DNA of 64,000 nt from Candidatus Syntropharchaeum sp. (GTDB taxonomy: Archaea; Halobacteriota; Syntropharchaeia; Syntropharchaeales; Syntropharchaeaceae), in assembly GCA_026134025.1 (NCBI GenBank), contig JAOQII010000005.1:594-64593 (forward strand). The letters run 5' to 3'. Below the pieces are notes generated by a model that was given only the letters and a program-made list of their open reading frames with translations, was not told the origin of the DNA and did no database searches. Both the position numbers and the translations under genes were made by a program. How positions within the stretch are numbered: position 1 is the stretch's first letter; every line of letters starts with the position of its first letter. Of this stretch, positions 9,225 to 18,597 are shown in pieces.

Positions 9225-10388
9225 TCAGAATAACGGCTTTATATCATCATGCCAGAGCGACTCGTGCTTCTCTTCTTTTGTCTCATCAAACTCCTGGATG
9301 TTCTTCTGCGCCTCTGTAGCCATCTCCTGAAGCTCTCTTATCCTTGGAACGTCTGTGACGCCTGAGAAGACGGTGACTGCTGCGATGTAGTTACTCCTGG
9401 CGACAGGGTAGTCGCCACCACGTACCTCAGTCCCGCGTATCATCTCCTCAACCCAGAGCTTCGCCTTCTCGATACCTTTTCTACTAAGCGCCTCAGTAGG
9501 TCCTGCGATTACAAGCAAACCCCGCTCAGCGCTTGCAATATCACATGGGAGTGTGAGCCTTCCCATAACGGCCCTTCTTGTCAGTGACGTGATCTTCGTC
9601 GTCGTGTCGAGCGCCTCGAGCGAGCTCTTCTCTTTCTTCTTGAGCCGCTTTAACAAGCCTCCACCACTTTTGTTCGCCTTTCCTACTTCCTCGACAGCAT
9701 AACCAACGGTCGAGATTCCGCCACCTCTCAGTGTATTAATGATCTCTGCAGCATCCACAACGACCTGCCCGATTTCTTCAGACTCGCCGGCCCCAAACAG
9801 TATCCCGAACCTTCTCACAATCTCATTATTCATGAAACCATAGGCATCTTCGAGGGTAGATCCTTCCTTCTTCCATGGCTCATTATCGAAGATAAATAAG
9901 TTGTCAACTTCCTTAACAAAGGTCATCAGGCTCCTTGCAGCATTCAGTGAATAAAGTCCCCCCTCATCTTTTGCCGGCAGGATGCCAAGACCATAGACCG
10001 GCTCAGCATACACCTTCTTCAATCGACGTGCAATGACCGGTGCTCCTCCTGATCCTGTCCCCCCACCAAGACCTGCGATAATTAAAAATGCATCAACTTC
10101 GTGTGTCCCCCTTCGATCTATAGCGCTCTGGATCGAGTATATATCCTCTGCTGCGATCCTTGCACCCATCTCGTTGTCTGCTCCAACACCATGCCCTTTG
10201 ACGATGGACTCGCCGATGAGTATACGATCCTCCATCGGTATATTATTCAATCCGAGAAGGTCTGATTTAGCGCTATTGATAGCGACCGCGCGAACAATGC
10301 AATTGTGACGAGATTTCCTGTCATACTCCAGAAAGAGATCGGCTATCTTCCCTCCGCCCTGTCCGTAACCGATTAAAAATATCTTCAC
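9225..10388 (-). CDS. cetZ: Tubulin/FtsZ-superfamily protein CetZ
   Basis: IGYGQGGGKIAD, VKGHGVGADNE, GGGTGSGG, FDNEPW, VVDAAEIINTL (CetZ signatures). Confidence 0.92.
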   Translation of the reverse strand: MKIFLIGYGQGGGKIADLFLEYDRKSRHNCIVRAVAINSAKSDLLGLNNIPMEDRILIGESIVKGHGVGADNEMGARIAAEDIYSIQSAIDRRGTHEVDAFLIIAGLGGGTGSGGAPVIARRLKKVYAEPVYGLGILPAKDEGGLYSLNAARSLMTFVKEVDNLFIFDNEPWKKEGSTLEDAYGFMNNEIVRRFGILFGAGESEEIGQVVVDAAEIINTLRGGGISTVGYAVEEVGKANKSGGGLLKRLKKKEKSSLEALDTTTKITSLTRRAVMGRLTLPCDIASAERGLLVIAGPTEALSRKGIEKAKLWVEEMIRGTEVRGGDYPVARSNYIAAVTVFSGVTDVPRIRELQEMATEAQKNIQEFDETKEEKHESLWHDDIKPLF

Positions 10389-10478
10389 ACGACATCTCTC
10401 CTATGATCAAAGATCTTCTTCACCCTCTTTAAAAGCTTAGGCATAAGAAGTATATAAAACTTCTTTATGACGCTGTTC

Positions 10479-10782
10479 GAGTGAGGATGGTAAGCCCCCT
10501 TCTGTTTTAAGCGGCATTCATCTATGCACCCTACTTGGGTATCAGCTGGATTCTTCATCTACCCAGATTGGCTTGCACCCACGAGGATTCGCCGTTTCAT
10601 CAGCATCTGCCAGACCTCAGCATTCCTGCATCATCGCATTTAGACAGTGCTGTCTCCGTTTCTGTGCCAGAGCCAGGACTCTCGCCCTACACCTTCTGGT
10701 GTTCGTGTATCCAGGTGGTGGGGGGACTTTCCTCAGCCAGCTCAAAAGACCTGAGCCTACCGACAGCCGCTCATCCTCTCTC
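10479..10782 (-). ncRNA. rnpB: RNase P RNA (archaeal type A)
   Basis: Minus strand shows P1 GAGAGAGGAUG/CAUCCUCACUC, GAGGAAAGUCC, P8 and P9 hairpins, ACAGAAAC, UGAAAC, AGAUGAAUG and ACAGAAGGGGGCUUA. Confidence 0.95.
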
Positions 10783-10870
10783 AAAGATACCTCTGCAGGG
10801 AGTGGTATAAGTATTTCCATCGCAAAAGATATTTAATACAGTCCGAAAGAAGAGGATTGGAGGCGATCCT

Positions 10871-12610
10871 TTGAGTCGTAGAATGACAGGTTCTGAGGCG
10901 ATCCTGAAAGGTCTTGAAGTCGAGGGTGTCGAGGTTGTATTCGGCTACCCTGGTGGCGCGGTTCTACCGTTGTATGATGCGATATATGATTCTAATCTGC
11001 GCCACGTCCTTGTACGTCATGAGCAAGGGGCAGCCCATGCCGCAGATGGATATGCAAGGGTAACAGGACGCGTGGGGGTCTGCATAGCAACATCAGGACC
11101 AGGAGCTACGAACCTCGTAACAGGGATAGCCAACGCATACATGGATTCTATACCCGTCGTTGCGATAACAGGACAGGTACCAACGACCGCGATCGGTAAT
11201 GACGCATTCCAGGAGATCAATATCACAGGTATCACCCTTCCAATCACGAAACATTCGTATCTGATCAAGCAGGCAGAGGAGATTCCACACGTCATAAGAG
11301 AGGCGTTTTACATCGCATCCACAGGCAGAAAGGGACCTGTGCTGATAGACCTGCCAAAAGATGTCCAGGTAGAAGCGTTTGATCTGGATGAGCGTGATTT
11401 TACACGGCCTGTGAAACTGCGTGGATATAAACCCACGGTAAAAGGACACGCCCTCCAGATTAAAAAAGCTGCAACACTCATCGAAGGGGCGAAGAAGCCG
11501 GTCATATATGCAGGAGGAGGAGTTATCGCATCCGGTGCTTCAAAAGAGCTTATAGAGCTTGCAGAGCTTATAGGAGCGCCTGTTACAACAACACTCATGG
11601 GAATAGGCGCATTTCCTATAAATCACCTCTTATCGCTGGGCATGGTAGGGATGCACGGTACAAAGTATGCGAACTATGCGATCTGTGATGCTGATCTCAT
11701 TCTTGCCGTGGGCGTGAGGTTCGATGATCGCGTCGCGACAGATCCTTCACAGTTTGCAAAAGATGCAAAGGTCATACATATCGATATCGATCCTGCTGAG
11801 ATCGGAAAGGTCATAATCCCTGATGTTCCAATCGTGGGCGATGCGAAGAATATCTTGAGGGCATTGATCGACCGGTTGATCGATTCCAGATTTGATTACA
11901 GTGAATGGTTTAACGTCGTCAGGGGATGGAAAGAGGCATACCCTCTCAGATATAACCCTGAGGATGGGCTTAAGCCGCAGTATATAATCGAGAAAATCAA
12001 TGAACTTGCCCCTGATGCGATCATCACCACAGAGGTCGGGCAGAACCAGATGTGGGCTGCACAGTACTTCAAATACAGCGAACCCCGAACCTTTATCACG
12101 TCAGGCGGGCTCGGGACGATGGGGTATGGACTGCCTGCTGCAATCGGCGCAAAAGTCGGCGCACCGGATCGAACGGTGATTGATATTTCAGGTGATGGTA
12201 GTTTCATGATGAAGTGTCAGGAGATCGCAACCGCTGTCGAGGGAAATATCCCGATCAAAGTGATGATCCTGAACAACCAGTACCTTGGTATGGTGCGCCA
12301 GTGGCAGGAGTTATTCTACGATAGGCGATACTCGTTCACCGATATTCACTCAAGGACTGACTTTGTCAAGCTTGCAGAGGCGTTCGGTGCCGTGGGTATG
12401 CGGGTTACGAAACTAAAGGAGGTTGTTCCAGCCTTAAAGCGCGCCTTTGAGATCGATGAGGTTGTTGTCATCGACTTCAGGATAGAACGAGAAGAGAACG
12501 TCTATCCGATGGTTCAGGCTGGTGCGCCGCTTGATGAGATCATCGAGCCTAAAACAGTCCCTGAGAATGTTTTTCCCACCTGTGAAAAAGAGGCACTGGA
12601 GGTTGAGTGA
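10871..12610 (+). CDS. ilvB: Acetolactate synthase large subunit
   Basis: [30 protein letters not shown]...NN TPP motif, GMVRQWQ. Confidence 0.96.
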   Translation: MSRRMTGSEAILKGLEVEGVEVVFGYPGGAVLPLYDAIYDSNLRHVLVRHEQGAAHAADGYARVTGRVGVCIATSGPGATNLVTGIANAYMDSIPVVAITGQVPTTAIGNDAFQEINITGITLPITKHSYLIKQAEEIPHVIREAFYIASTGRKGPVLIDLPKDVQVEAFDLDERDFTRPVKLRGYKPTVKGHALQIKKAATLIEGAKKPVIYAGGGVIASGASKELIELAELIGAPVTTTLMGIGAFPINHLLSLGMVGMHGTKYANYAICDADLILAVGVRFDDRVATDPSQFAKDAKVIHIDIDPAEIGKVIIPDVPIVGDAKNILRALIDRLIDSRFDYSEWFNVVRGWKEAYPLRYNPEDGLKPQYIIEKINELAPDAIITTEVGQNQMWAAQYFKYSEPRTFITSGGLGTMGYGLPAAIGAKVGAPDRTVIDISGDGSFMMKCQEIATAVEGNIPIKVMILNNQYLGMVRQWQELFYDRRYSFTDIHSRTDFVKLAEAFGAVGMRVTKLKEVVPALKRAFEIDEVVVIDFRIEREENVYPMVQAGAPLDEIIEPKTVPENVFPTCEKEALEVE

Positions 12611-12611
12611 T

Positions 12612-13112
12612 ATGGTGAAGCATACACTTACCGTCCTTGTTGAGAATAAAGCTGGTGTCGCGGCAAGGGTGACAGGACTATTCACAAGGCGCGGATTTAA
12701 TATCGACAGTATAAATGCGGCGATAACCGACAAACCAGACATTTCAAGACTTACAATCGTGATCACAAGCGAGAAGGAAGGGGGAGAAAGACAACTTGAG
12801 CAGATAACAAAGCAACTCAACAAGCTGATCGATGTTATAAAGATCAGCGATATCACGGCTTACGACTCGATTGAGCGAGAACTTGTGCTCATCAAGGTCG
12901 ATGCAACACCTGAGCAGAGAACCGAGATTTTACAGATCGTTGAGATCTTCAGGGCACGGATCGTTGATCTTGCAGCAGGTTCAATGATCATCGAGGTCAC
13001 GGGTGCCGAAGATAAGATTGCGGCGATCCTGACGATGCTTGCGGATTTCGGTATAAAAGAGGTTGCACGCACAGGGAAGGTCGCAATGATAAGGGGTGCG
13101 AAGACGTTGTAG
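12612..13112 (+). CDS. ilvN: Acetolactate synthase small subunit
   Basis: LVENKAGVAARVTGLFTRRGFNIDS ACT domain; start moved to ATG at 12612, after the ilvB stop. Confidence 0.94.
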   Translation: MVKHTLTVLVENKAGVAARVTGLFTRRGFNIDSINAAITDKPDISRLTIVITSEKEGGERQLEQITKQLNKLIDVIKISDITAYDSIERELVLIKVDATPEQRTEILQIVEIFRARIVDLAAGSMIIEVTGAEDKIAAILTMLADFGIKEVARTGKVAMIRGAKTL

Positions 13113-13210
13113 GTTTAATGGGTGCTGATTGACGATGAACTGGTACTTAAGAGCCTTTCGATGTACCTACAAGTTTATATATCGGGTCGGTAAATGAATA
13201 TCAATGATCT

Positions 13211-13295
13211 GCGGGGGTTGCCAAGCCAGGTCAAAGGCGCAGGGTTGAGGGCCCTGTCTCGTAGGAGTTCGCGAGTTCGAATCTCGTCCCCCGCA
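13211..13295 (+). tRNA. tRNA-Leu (GAG)
   Basis: GCGGGGG/CCCCGC acceptor stem, anticodon arm CAGGG-TTGAGGG-CCCTG, long variable arm, GTTCGAATC; TTTATA upstream. Confidence 0.96.
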
Positions 13296-13374
13296 TAAAT
13301 TTACCAGTAAAACTTTATATACCATCCACTCCCATATAGGGGTGGTGAATTAATTGTCAGGTGATAAATCCAAG

Positions 13375-14389
13375 TGTGTTATCTGAAATTTTTTTCGCCT
13401 CATATCTGCTCCTCCAATAAACTTTCCATCATCAAAACAAAGTTACCAAAGATGATATCATCGCATTTCCTGTAGAAAGCCTGCTCTGGAGTCTCAAGCT
13501 CATCAAAATTGAGGCTCATATGTGGCCTTATCCTGTTATACCAGTCAACAAACTCTTGAATGCTATCAAAATCATTCCTGTGTCTGTTATAGGTATCAAA
13601 CCACTTCTCCATTTTTCCATTGCTCTGTGGATGATTGTACTTACACAGTATCTGCTTTATTCCCCTCTGTTTGCAATATTCCTCGAATGAGTGTTTTGCC
13701 TCTCCTTTCTTATCTCTCCTGTTGGCATAGAATTGTGAACCATGATCAGTAATTACTTCTCTGATGGGAGCTATGTGCAGGTATTTCCTGTATGCTTCAT
13801 CCAACAGCTTGATTGAGTTCTCAGCGGTGGCATTATCAAATTCACCTGCAGCAGGTATCATTCTGGAGGCATCATCCAGAACAGCACAAACCCATCTTCC
13901 ATATTTTTCGTTAAAGAACCAGTCCATATGCACCGCGCTGAGACTGTGTGATCTCTCATATCTGACCCACTTCTTCCTTCCCTTCTTTCCTGGTTCCTCC
14001 TTTGCCATATTCTCCTCCAGTAATATAGCGTGGATACGATTATTATCTGCTCTTATCTTCCTTCTTTTGCGAAGGTACTTTCCTATTACTGTTGCACCCC
14101 CTCCGATCTTCTTCTTTGCTGAAATTACCTCTTTTCTGAGTTTATCGTTTGGTTTGGGTTTTGGACCTGGTTTTCCCGGTGAAGGTATCTTACCAGTTTC
14201 TCTGTATTCTTTTGCAATTTGCTGAACTCTTCTCCTGCTGATGTTGAATTGATCAGCAACCAATTGGGTGTTCATTCCATAGTTTATTACACGAAGGGCG
14301 ATGCGCCGATAGTCATCCCTGGTAAGCTTCATGTGATGCTCTCTGAGCGGGGCACTTAAACCTTGACGAAATTTATTGCAGATAATACA
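13375..14389 (-). mobile_element. IS481-family insertion sequence
   Basis: TGT...ACA ends; inverted repeats TGTGTTATCTGAAATTTTTTTCG vs TGTATTATCTGCAATAAATTTCG (18 of 23); no clear target-site duplication. Confidence 0.88.
13400..14332 (-). CDS. IS481-family DDE transposase
   Basis: N-terminal HTH; rve core with HMDW, DDASR, TDHGSQF, HPQSNGKMEK, YNRIRPHMSL. Confidence 0.93.
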   Translation of the reverse strand: MKLTRDDYRRIALRVINYGMNTQLVADQFNISRRRVQQIAKEYRETGKIPSPGKPGPKPKPNDKLRKEVISAKKKIGGGATVIGKYLRKRRKIRADNNRIHAILLEENMAKEEPGKKGRKKWVRYERSHSLSAVHMDWFFNEKYGRWVCAVLDDASRMIPAAGEFDNATAENSIKLLDEAYRKYLHIAPIREVITDHGSQFYANRRDKKGEAKHSFEEYCKQRGIKQILCKYNHPQSNGKMEKWFDTYNRHRNDFDSIQEFVDWYNRIRPHMSLNFDELETPEQAFYRKCDDIIFGNFVLMMESLLEEQI

Positions 14390-14501
14390 GATGTCTAAGT
14401 TCAGTGGGATAGAGAAATAGAGTAGTAATTAAGAGAATGATTTTATATGGTCGAAAGTGGAAGATAATTTCAACAACAAAAACATCACACGAGACTTAAC
14501 C

Positions 14502-14825
14502 ATGCACCTCAGGAAAATCGCCCAGGAATTTGCAGATCAGGCCAAGCGTAAGTACCCTGATAAGATAGAGAAGACCATCCTGTTCGGGTCTGTTGCGCGA
14601 GATGAGATGACGCCAGAGTCAGATATTGATCTTCTGGTGATCTGCACCTCTACCGGTGGCGATCGATTCAAAGTTAGGAGGATGATCATGGATGATGTCG
14701 TATCGTTTCTATTAAAATACGGCGTATATATCTCAGTTAAAACATTGAGTGAAGAAGAATCGATAGAACTGAAAGATACCGGGTTTTTGCGGCAGATAAA
14801 TACGGAAGGTGTTGCCCTTGCATGA
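14502..14825 (+). CDS. Minimal nucleotidyltransferase (MNT antitoxin)
   Basis: LFGSVARDEMTPESDIDLLVI (GS...DxD); ATG at 14502 preferred over GTG at 14457. Confidence 0.88.
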   Translation: MHLRKIAQEFADQAKRKYPDKIEKTILFGSVARDEMTPESDIDLLVICTSTGGDRFKVRRMIMDDVVSFLLKYGVYISVKTLSEEESIELKDTGFLRQINTEGVALA

Positions 14826-15119
14826 ATCGGAAGCCTTGCTTGAAAGGAGCTTTGAGAATTCTTTGCTGCAAGAGCATTACTGGCTCTTAAAAAGATATAT
14901 CCAAAGACACATAGAGGTACAACAACACAAATAGGTTTAGAATTTGTAAATAAAGGGTATCTGGATATGGTATATGCGAAAGCGCTTGCAACTGCACAGG
15001 AAGATAGAGAAGACGCTGAAAAAGCGTTTATTGAAAAAGCTAAGGATGTGTTTAAGCGATTGGAGCGTGAGATTGAGGCAAGAGATAAGGAGATAAGAAT
15101 TGTGGAGGGATCAAAGTGA
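14818..15119 (+). pseudogene. HEPN-domain toxin, frameshifted and internally deleted
   Basis: HESEALLERS, frameshift, then FAARALLALKKIYPKTHRG...GLEFVNKGYL; overlaps the MNT stop codon. Confidence 0.75.
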
Positions 15120-15679
15120 AGATACTATTTGTGAACAACTTCGATTCATTTGTCTGGAATCTGGTTGAATATGTCTCAATCTTTGAGAAGGATACAATCG
15201 TCCATCCGAATACGATAACACTCGATAAAGTTAGACAGATCAACCCAGACAAGATCGTGATCTCCCCAGGTCCAGGAAATCCACATAAACCGCGGGATGT
15301 TGGTTCATCGCTTGATATAATCCGTGAGTTTAAGGAGATCCCGATACTTGGTGTCTGTATGGGGCACCAGGCGATCGCGGTTGCATGGGGCGGCAAGGTC
15401 GCACACGCACCCACGGGTCCTGTTCATGGTAAGACCTCATTCGTGGAGCATGATGGTAAAACGATCTTTAAAGGTATCTCAAACCCACTTGAGGCTGGGA
15501 GATACCACTCTCTCATTGTGAGTGAACTTCCAGATTGCTTTGAGGTTTCTGCAAGCTTTGAGGGAATGATTATGGGGATCAGGCACAGAGATTATCCGAC
15601 AGAGGGCATCCAGTTCCACCCAGAAAGTATTTTAACAGGAGAAGGCCTGAAGATCATTGAGAACTTTCTAAGAGAATAA
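15116..15679 (+). CDS. trpG: Anthranilate/aminodeoxychorismate synthase glutamine amidotransferase subunit
   Basis: NNFDSFVWN, ISPGPG, GVCMGHQ, RYHSL, QFHPES. Confidence 0.9.
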   Translation: MKILFVNNFDSFVWNLVEYVSIFEKDTIVHPNTITLDKVRQINPDKIVISPGPGNPHKPRDVGSSLDIIREFKEIPILGVCMGHQAIAVAWGGKVAHAPTGPVHGKTSFVEHDGKTIFKGISNPLEAGRYHSLIVSELPDCFEVSASFEGMIMGIRHRDYPTEGIQFHPESILTGEGLKIIENFLRE

Positions 15680-16400
15680 CGTTCCCTCTTCCACGTTTTA
15701 CCCTGGTCACAATACCCCGATTCTCAAGATCAGTTATCATAAGGCTTATCTTGGATTCAGAGTGCGGTAAAAGTTTTCGTAACTCTTTCTGAGTCATCCT
15801 GCCATCATGTTTCTTCAGGATCTCGACGATCTCAAGAAGATCATCTGGAAGAGGTCTCAGGTCCCCTTCCTCTGACTTTATCATCGCTTCAGTGGTATCT
15901 TCTATCTTCTTTGATCTTGCAAAAAGCAGATACCACCCTGTAATTGTAATGATAACGATAAAGGCGATTACCGCAGGAACCATGAGCCATGATGGATTCC
16001 TCTGACTTTCATCCTCGATCAGGACATCATCGAAATCGCTTAAATCTGGCTCATCAAAGAGGAACTCATCCTCGATAGCGGGTAGCATGATCAGGTCGAG
16101 TGTATAATCACCGCCACCTGCAACTGTTATGTTCTCTTCGGTGTAGTACTCAAGCAGGTTATTTTCATAGTGTTTCGCAGTGAGGTGGTATGACCCTTCT
16201 GGTACATTGAGGCGGTAGTTCCCGTCTTTTGATACATAGGTCTGTGGAGGGGTTGTATTTATCTCTATTATTGTATCGGGGAGAGGTTCGAGTGTTAGAT
16301 AGTCGTAAGCTACCCCACCAATCGTGCAGGTTGTATCAGCATGTGAGAGGGGTGTGATCAGTGTGAAGATCAGGATCAAAAGGAGTAGCACCCTCATCAA
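15654..16400 (-). CDS. Membrane-anchored protein with extracellular beta domain and C-terminal winged HTH
   Basis: Signal peptide, carboxypeptidase-regulatory-like domain, TM helix, GRMTQKELRKLLPHSESKISLMITDLENRG. Confidence 0.8.
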   Translation of the reverse strand: MMRVLLLLILIFTLITPLSHADTTCTIGGVAYDYLTLEPLPDTIIEINTTPPQTYVSKDGNYRLNVPEGSYHLTAKHYENNLLEYYTEENITVAGGGDYTLDLIMLPAIEDEFLFDEPDLSDFDDVLIEDESQRNPSWLMVPAVIAFIVIITITGWYLLFARSKKIEDTTEAMIKSEEGDLRPLPDDLLEIVEILKKHDGRMTQKELRKLLPHSESKISLMITDLENRGIVTRVKRGRGNVILLESSQ

Positions 16401-16442
16401 TTATATAAAGGGAGGAGGGGTTAAATATATTTCGAGGTCGGG

Positions 16443-16955
16443 TCAGAGCTTAAAGAGGAGCCTGATATTTCCAATCAGACCAATCCTGTAATATGCAACG
16501 CCGATTACCCACTCAGGCTTTACAGGAGATGAGAGTCCTGGCTGGTCATAACCGATGTTATGATCTCCCTTTGTAATATAGCCTTCATGTGGTGCCTTCC
16601 CATCATTTGGCATGGTCTCACCATCATCAACCCATTCCATTGCTCTGTGAATTATTGGGGTTGTATCAGCATTTCCATTTGGCATATAGACGATTACATC
16701 GCCATATCCATCAAACTGGCTGTAATTTGTAAGTATTGCATCTTCATGCGGCACAATACCCATTCTCTCAGGGCTTTTTATAAAAACGATGTCTCCCTTA
16801 TGGATGTTGGGTTCCATGCTCCCTGATTCGACGGCAACAGCAACGGGCCACGTCCCTGCAAATCCGTATGCAACTGCTGCCACGATCCCGACGACCACCA
16901 GTGCAAAAGCGAGGTCTTTTGCAAGATCTACCAGAGCTTCACGTGCTGACATCAA
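16443..16955 (-). CDS. Signal peptidase I (S26, archaeal Sec11 type)
   Basis: VESGSMEP, GDIV, PIIHRA, ITKGDHN. Confidence 0.9.
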   Translation of the reverse strand: MMSAREALVDLAKDLAFALVVVGIVAAVAYGFAGTWPVAVAVESGSMEPNIHKGDIVFIKSPERMGIVPHEDAILTNYSQFDGYGDVIVYMPNGNADTTPIIHRAMEWVDDGETMPNDGKAPHEGYITKGDHNIGYDQPGLSSPVKPEWVIGVAYYRIGLIGNIRLLFKL

Positions 16956-17059
16956 AGATATAAACGGCTTCCATGTATAAAAACGTTCTATGTATCCGCA
17001 ACCATCAACAAAACTCTATTCTTGTTGGCTGGGTTGTTTACCTGAGATTTCACCGGCGG

Positions 17060-17160
17060 GGCATCGTGCTCTACAAAGAGTGGAAGAAGATTACAGAAGC
17101 CTTCTTGAAAACGCGGAAGATGGAATCTTCACGATAGACCGGCGAGGTCTCTTTACAAGA
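17060..17160 (+). pseudogene. PAS-domain gene fragment
   Basis: EEDYRSLLENAEDGIFTIDRRGLFT is a typical PAS N-terminus; it breaks off at the 3' end of the convergent gene. Confidence 0.5.
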
Positions 17161-17983
17161 CCTCTATTACATCCCCTGCGTTGTTCAAGAAAAATCGATC
17201 TGTAAACGCCTCTGAAAGTTTCTTCGCTCCTTTGGATCCCGTACAGTGCGATACTCCAATCCTCTCAATCTTTGAACCTTTAAGATACTTTACGGTCTCA
17301 TCTATCTGGCGATCATCTGCAAAACCGAGGTGCGTGCCTCCAATCACAGTATAGATCCGATCATCCCCTGAAAGCTCGATCAGTTGCTTTATCGTGTTGA
17401 CCATCCCTGAATGTGCACACCCCAAAACGACAAAAAGCCCGTTTGAGGTCTTAATCGCAAGTGCCTGATCATCGAGAACTAAATCTGGCTCAAGTTCCCC
17501 CCCTGTATCAACAAAAAGTGCAGGGTCGACACTCTCAAATGGCGTTTGGCGCTTAACCTCCCCTGATAGTATGAAGCAATCGAAGAAACAGGGATTGCGG
17601 CTTAATTTAAAACGTGCACCAAGTTCTTCAAGCTCACTTCGTTCAAATGGGATACCGATATACCTCCTTTTATCTTCTCTCACTGCATACTTCTTCTGGA
17701 AGATATCAGGATGTGCATAGACATCGATTGAACCTGTTCGCATCAGAACTTCCTTCAAACCGCCTGTGTGATCGTAGTGGCCATGGCTCAGTATGATCAT
17801 ATCCAGATCATCGAGACGTACATGCATCGTGTCTGCATTTTTAACACATGACGTGGACTGCCCTGTATCGAACAAAATCTTTTTGCCATCCTGCTCTATA
17901 AGAACAGAAAGCCCGTATTCTCCGACCAGATCTGCCCTCCCTGCTGTATTCTCACTCAAGGTTGTGATCTTTAGTTTCATCAC
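17153..17983 (-). CDS. MBL-fold metallo-hydrolase (COG1237-like)
   Basis: ILFDTG, SHGHYDHTGG, DDQAL, GCAHSG, GGTHL, HCTG. Confidence 0.88.
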   Translation of the reverse strand: MMKLKITTLSENTAGRADLVGEYGLSVLIEQDGKKILFDTGQSTSCVKNADTMHVRLDDLDMIILSHGHYDHTGGLKEVLMRTGSIDVYAHPDIFQKKYAVREDKRRYIGIPFERSELEELGARFKLSRNPCFFDCFILSGEVKRQTPFESVDPALFVDTGGELEPDLVLDDQALAIKTSNGLFVVLGCAHSGMVNTIKQLIELSGDDRIYTVIGGTHLGFADDRQIDETVKYLKGSKIERIGVSHCTGSKGAKKLSEAFTDRFFLNNAGDVIEVL

Positions 17984-18018
17984 GTCTTTTTATAATCTTA
18001 TCATACATATCACTATCT

Positions 18019-18597
18019 ATGATTGCACGCATCAGGGGCATGATCGAGGATATTGAGGATGCATCGGTTGTTGTTGATGTTGGAGGGGTTGGCTACCGTG
18101 TTTTTGTCCCGGGTAACATCATCGAGTCTTTGAGTGGTCTTGAAGGTGAGGTCAAACTTCTCACGCATCTTCAGGTAAAGGATGATGAGATGATTCTTTA
18201 CGGATTTTTAAGCCGTGATGAGCTTGAGATCTTTCAGGCGCTTCTCGGGGTATCAGGGGTTGGAGCAAAGATCGCACTTGGTATTCTCTCATCTCTCAAG
18301 CCTGACGAACTTCGGTCAGCGGTTGTTGGAGGCGATATCGAGAAGCTCACATCGATCAAAGGGCTTGGGAAAAAGACTGCGTCCAGGATCATTCTTGAGC
18401 TTGGTGAGAGGCTTGTTATGCGTGTCACCCTTCCAAAAGTTTTTGAGGATGCGATTGAAGGGCTTATTGCGCTTGGATATGGGAGAGGGGACTCAGAAAA
18501 GGTGGTTAAGAAAATTCTTGATGAGAGGGGTGTGAACATCACAGTGGAAGATATTATAAAAGATGGATTGAGAATTTTAACATCTAAAAGCCGATGA
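18019..18597 (+). CDS. ruvA: Holliday junction branch-migration protein RuvA
   Basis: VVVDVGGVGY, LYGF, VSGVGAKIAL, IKGLGKKTASRIILEL, ALGY. Confidence 0.92.
   Translation: MIARIRGMIEDIEDASVVVDVGGVGYRVFVPGNIIESLSGLEGEVKLLTHLQVKDDEMILYGFLSRDELEIFQALLGVSGVGAKIALGILSSLKPDELRSAVVGGDIEKLTSIKGLGKKTASRIILELGERLVMRVTLPKVFEDAIEGLIALGYGRGDSEKVVKKILDERGVNITVEDIIKDGLRILTSKSR

Noticed and set aside
10479-10782. Possible reduced (type M) RNase P RNA because of its short length
   Set aside because: P8, P16 and the P6 pairing (CUGGA/UCCAG) are present, so it is ordinary type A
10535-10836. Short ORFs on both strands
   Set aside because: Overlap the RNase P RNA gene
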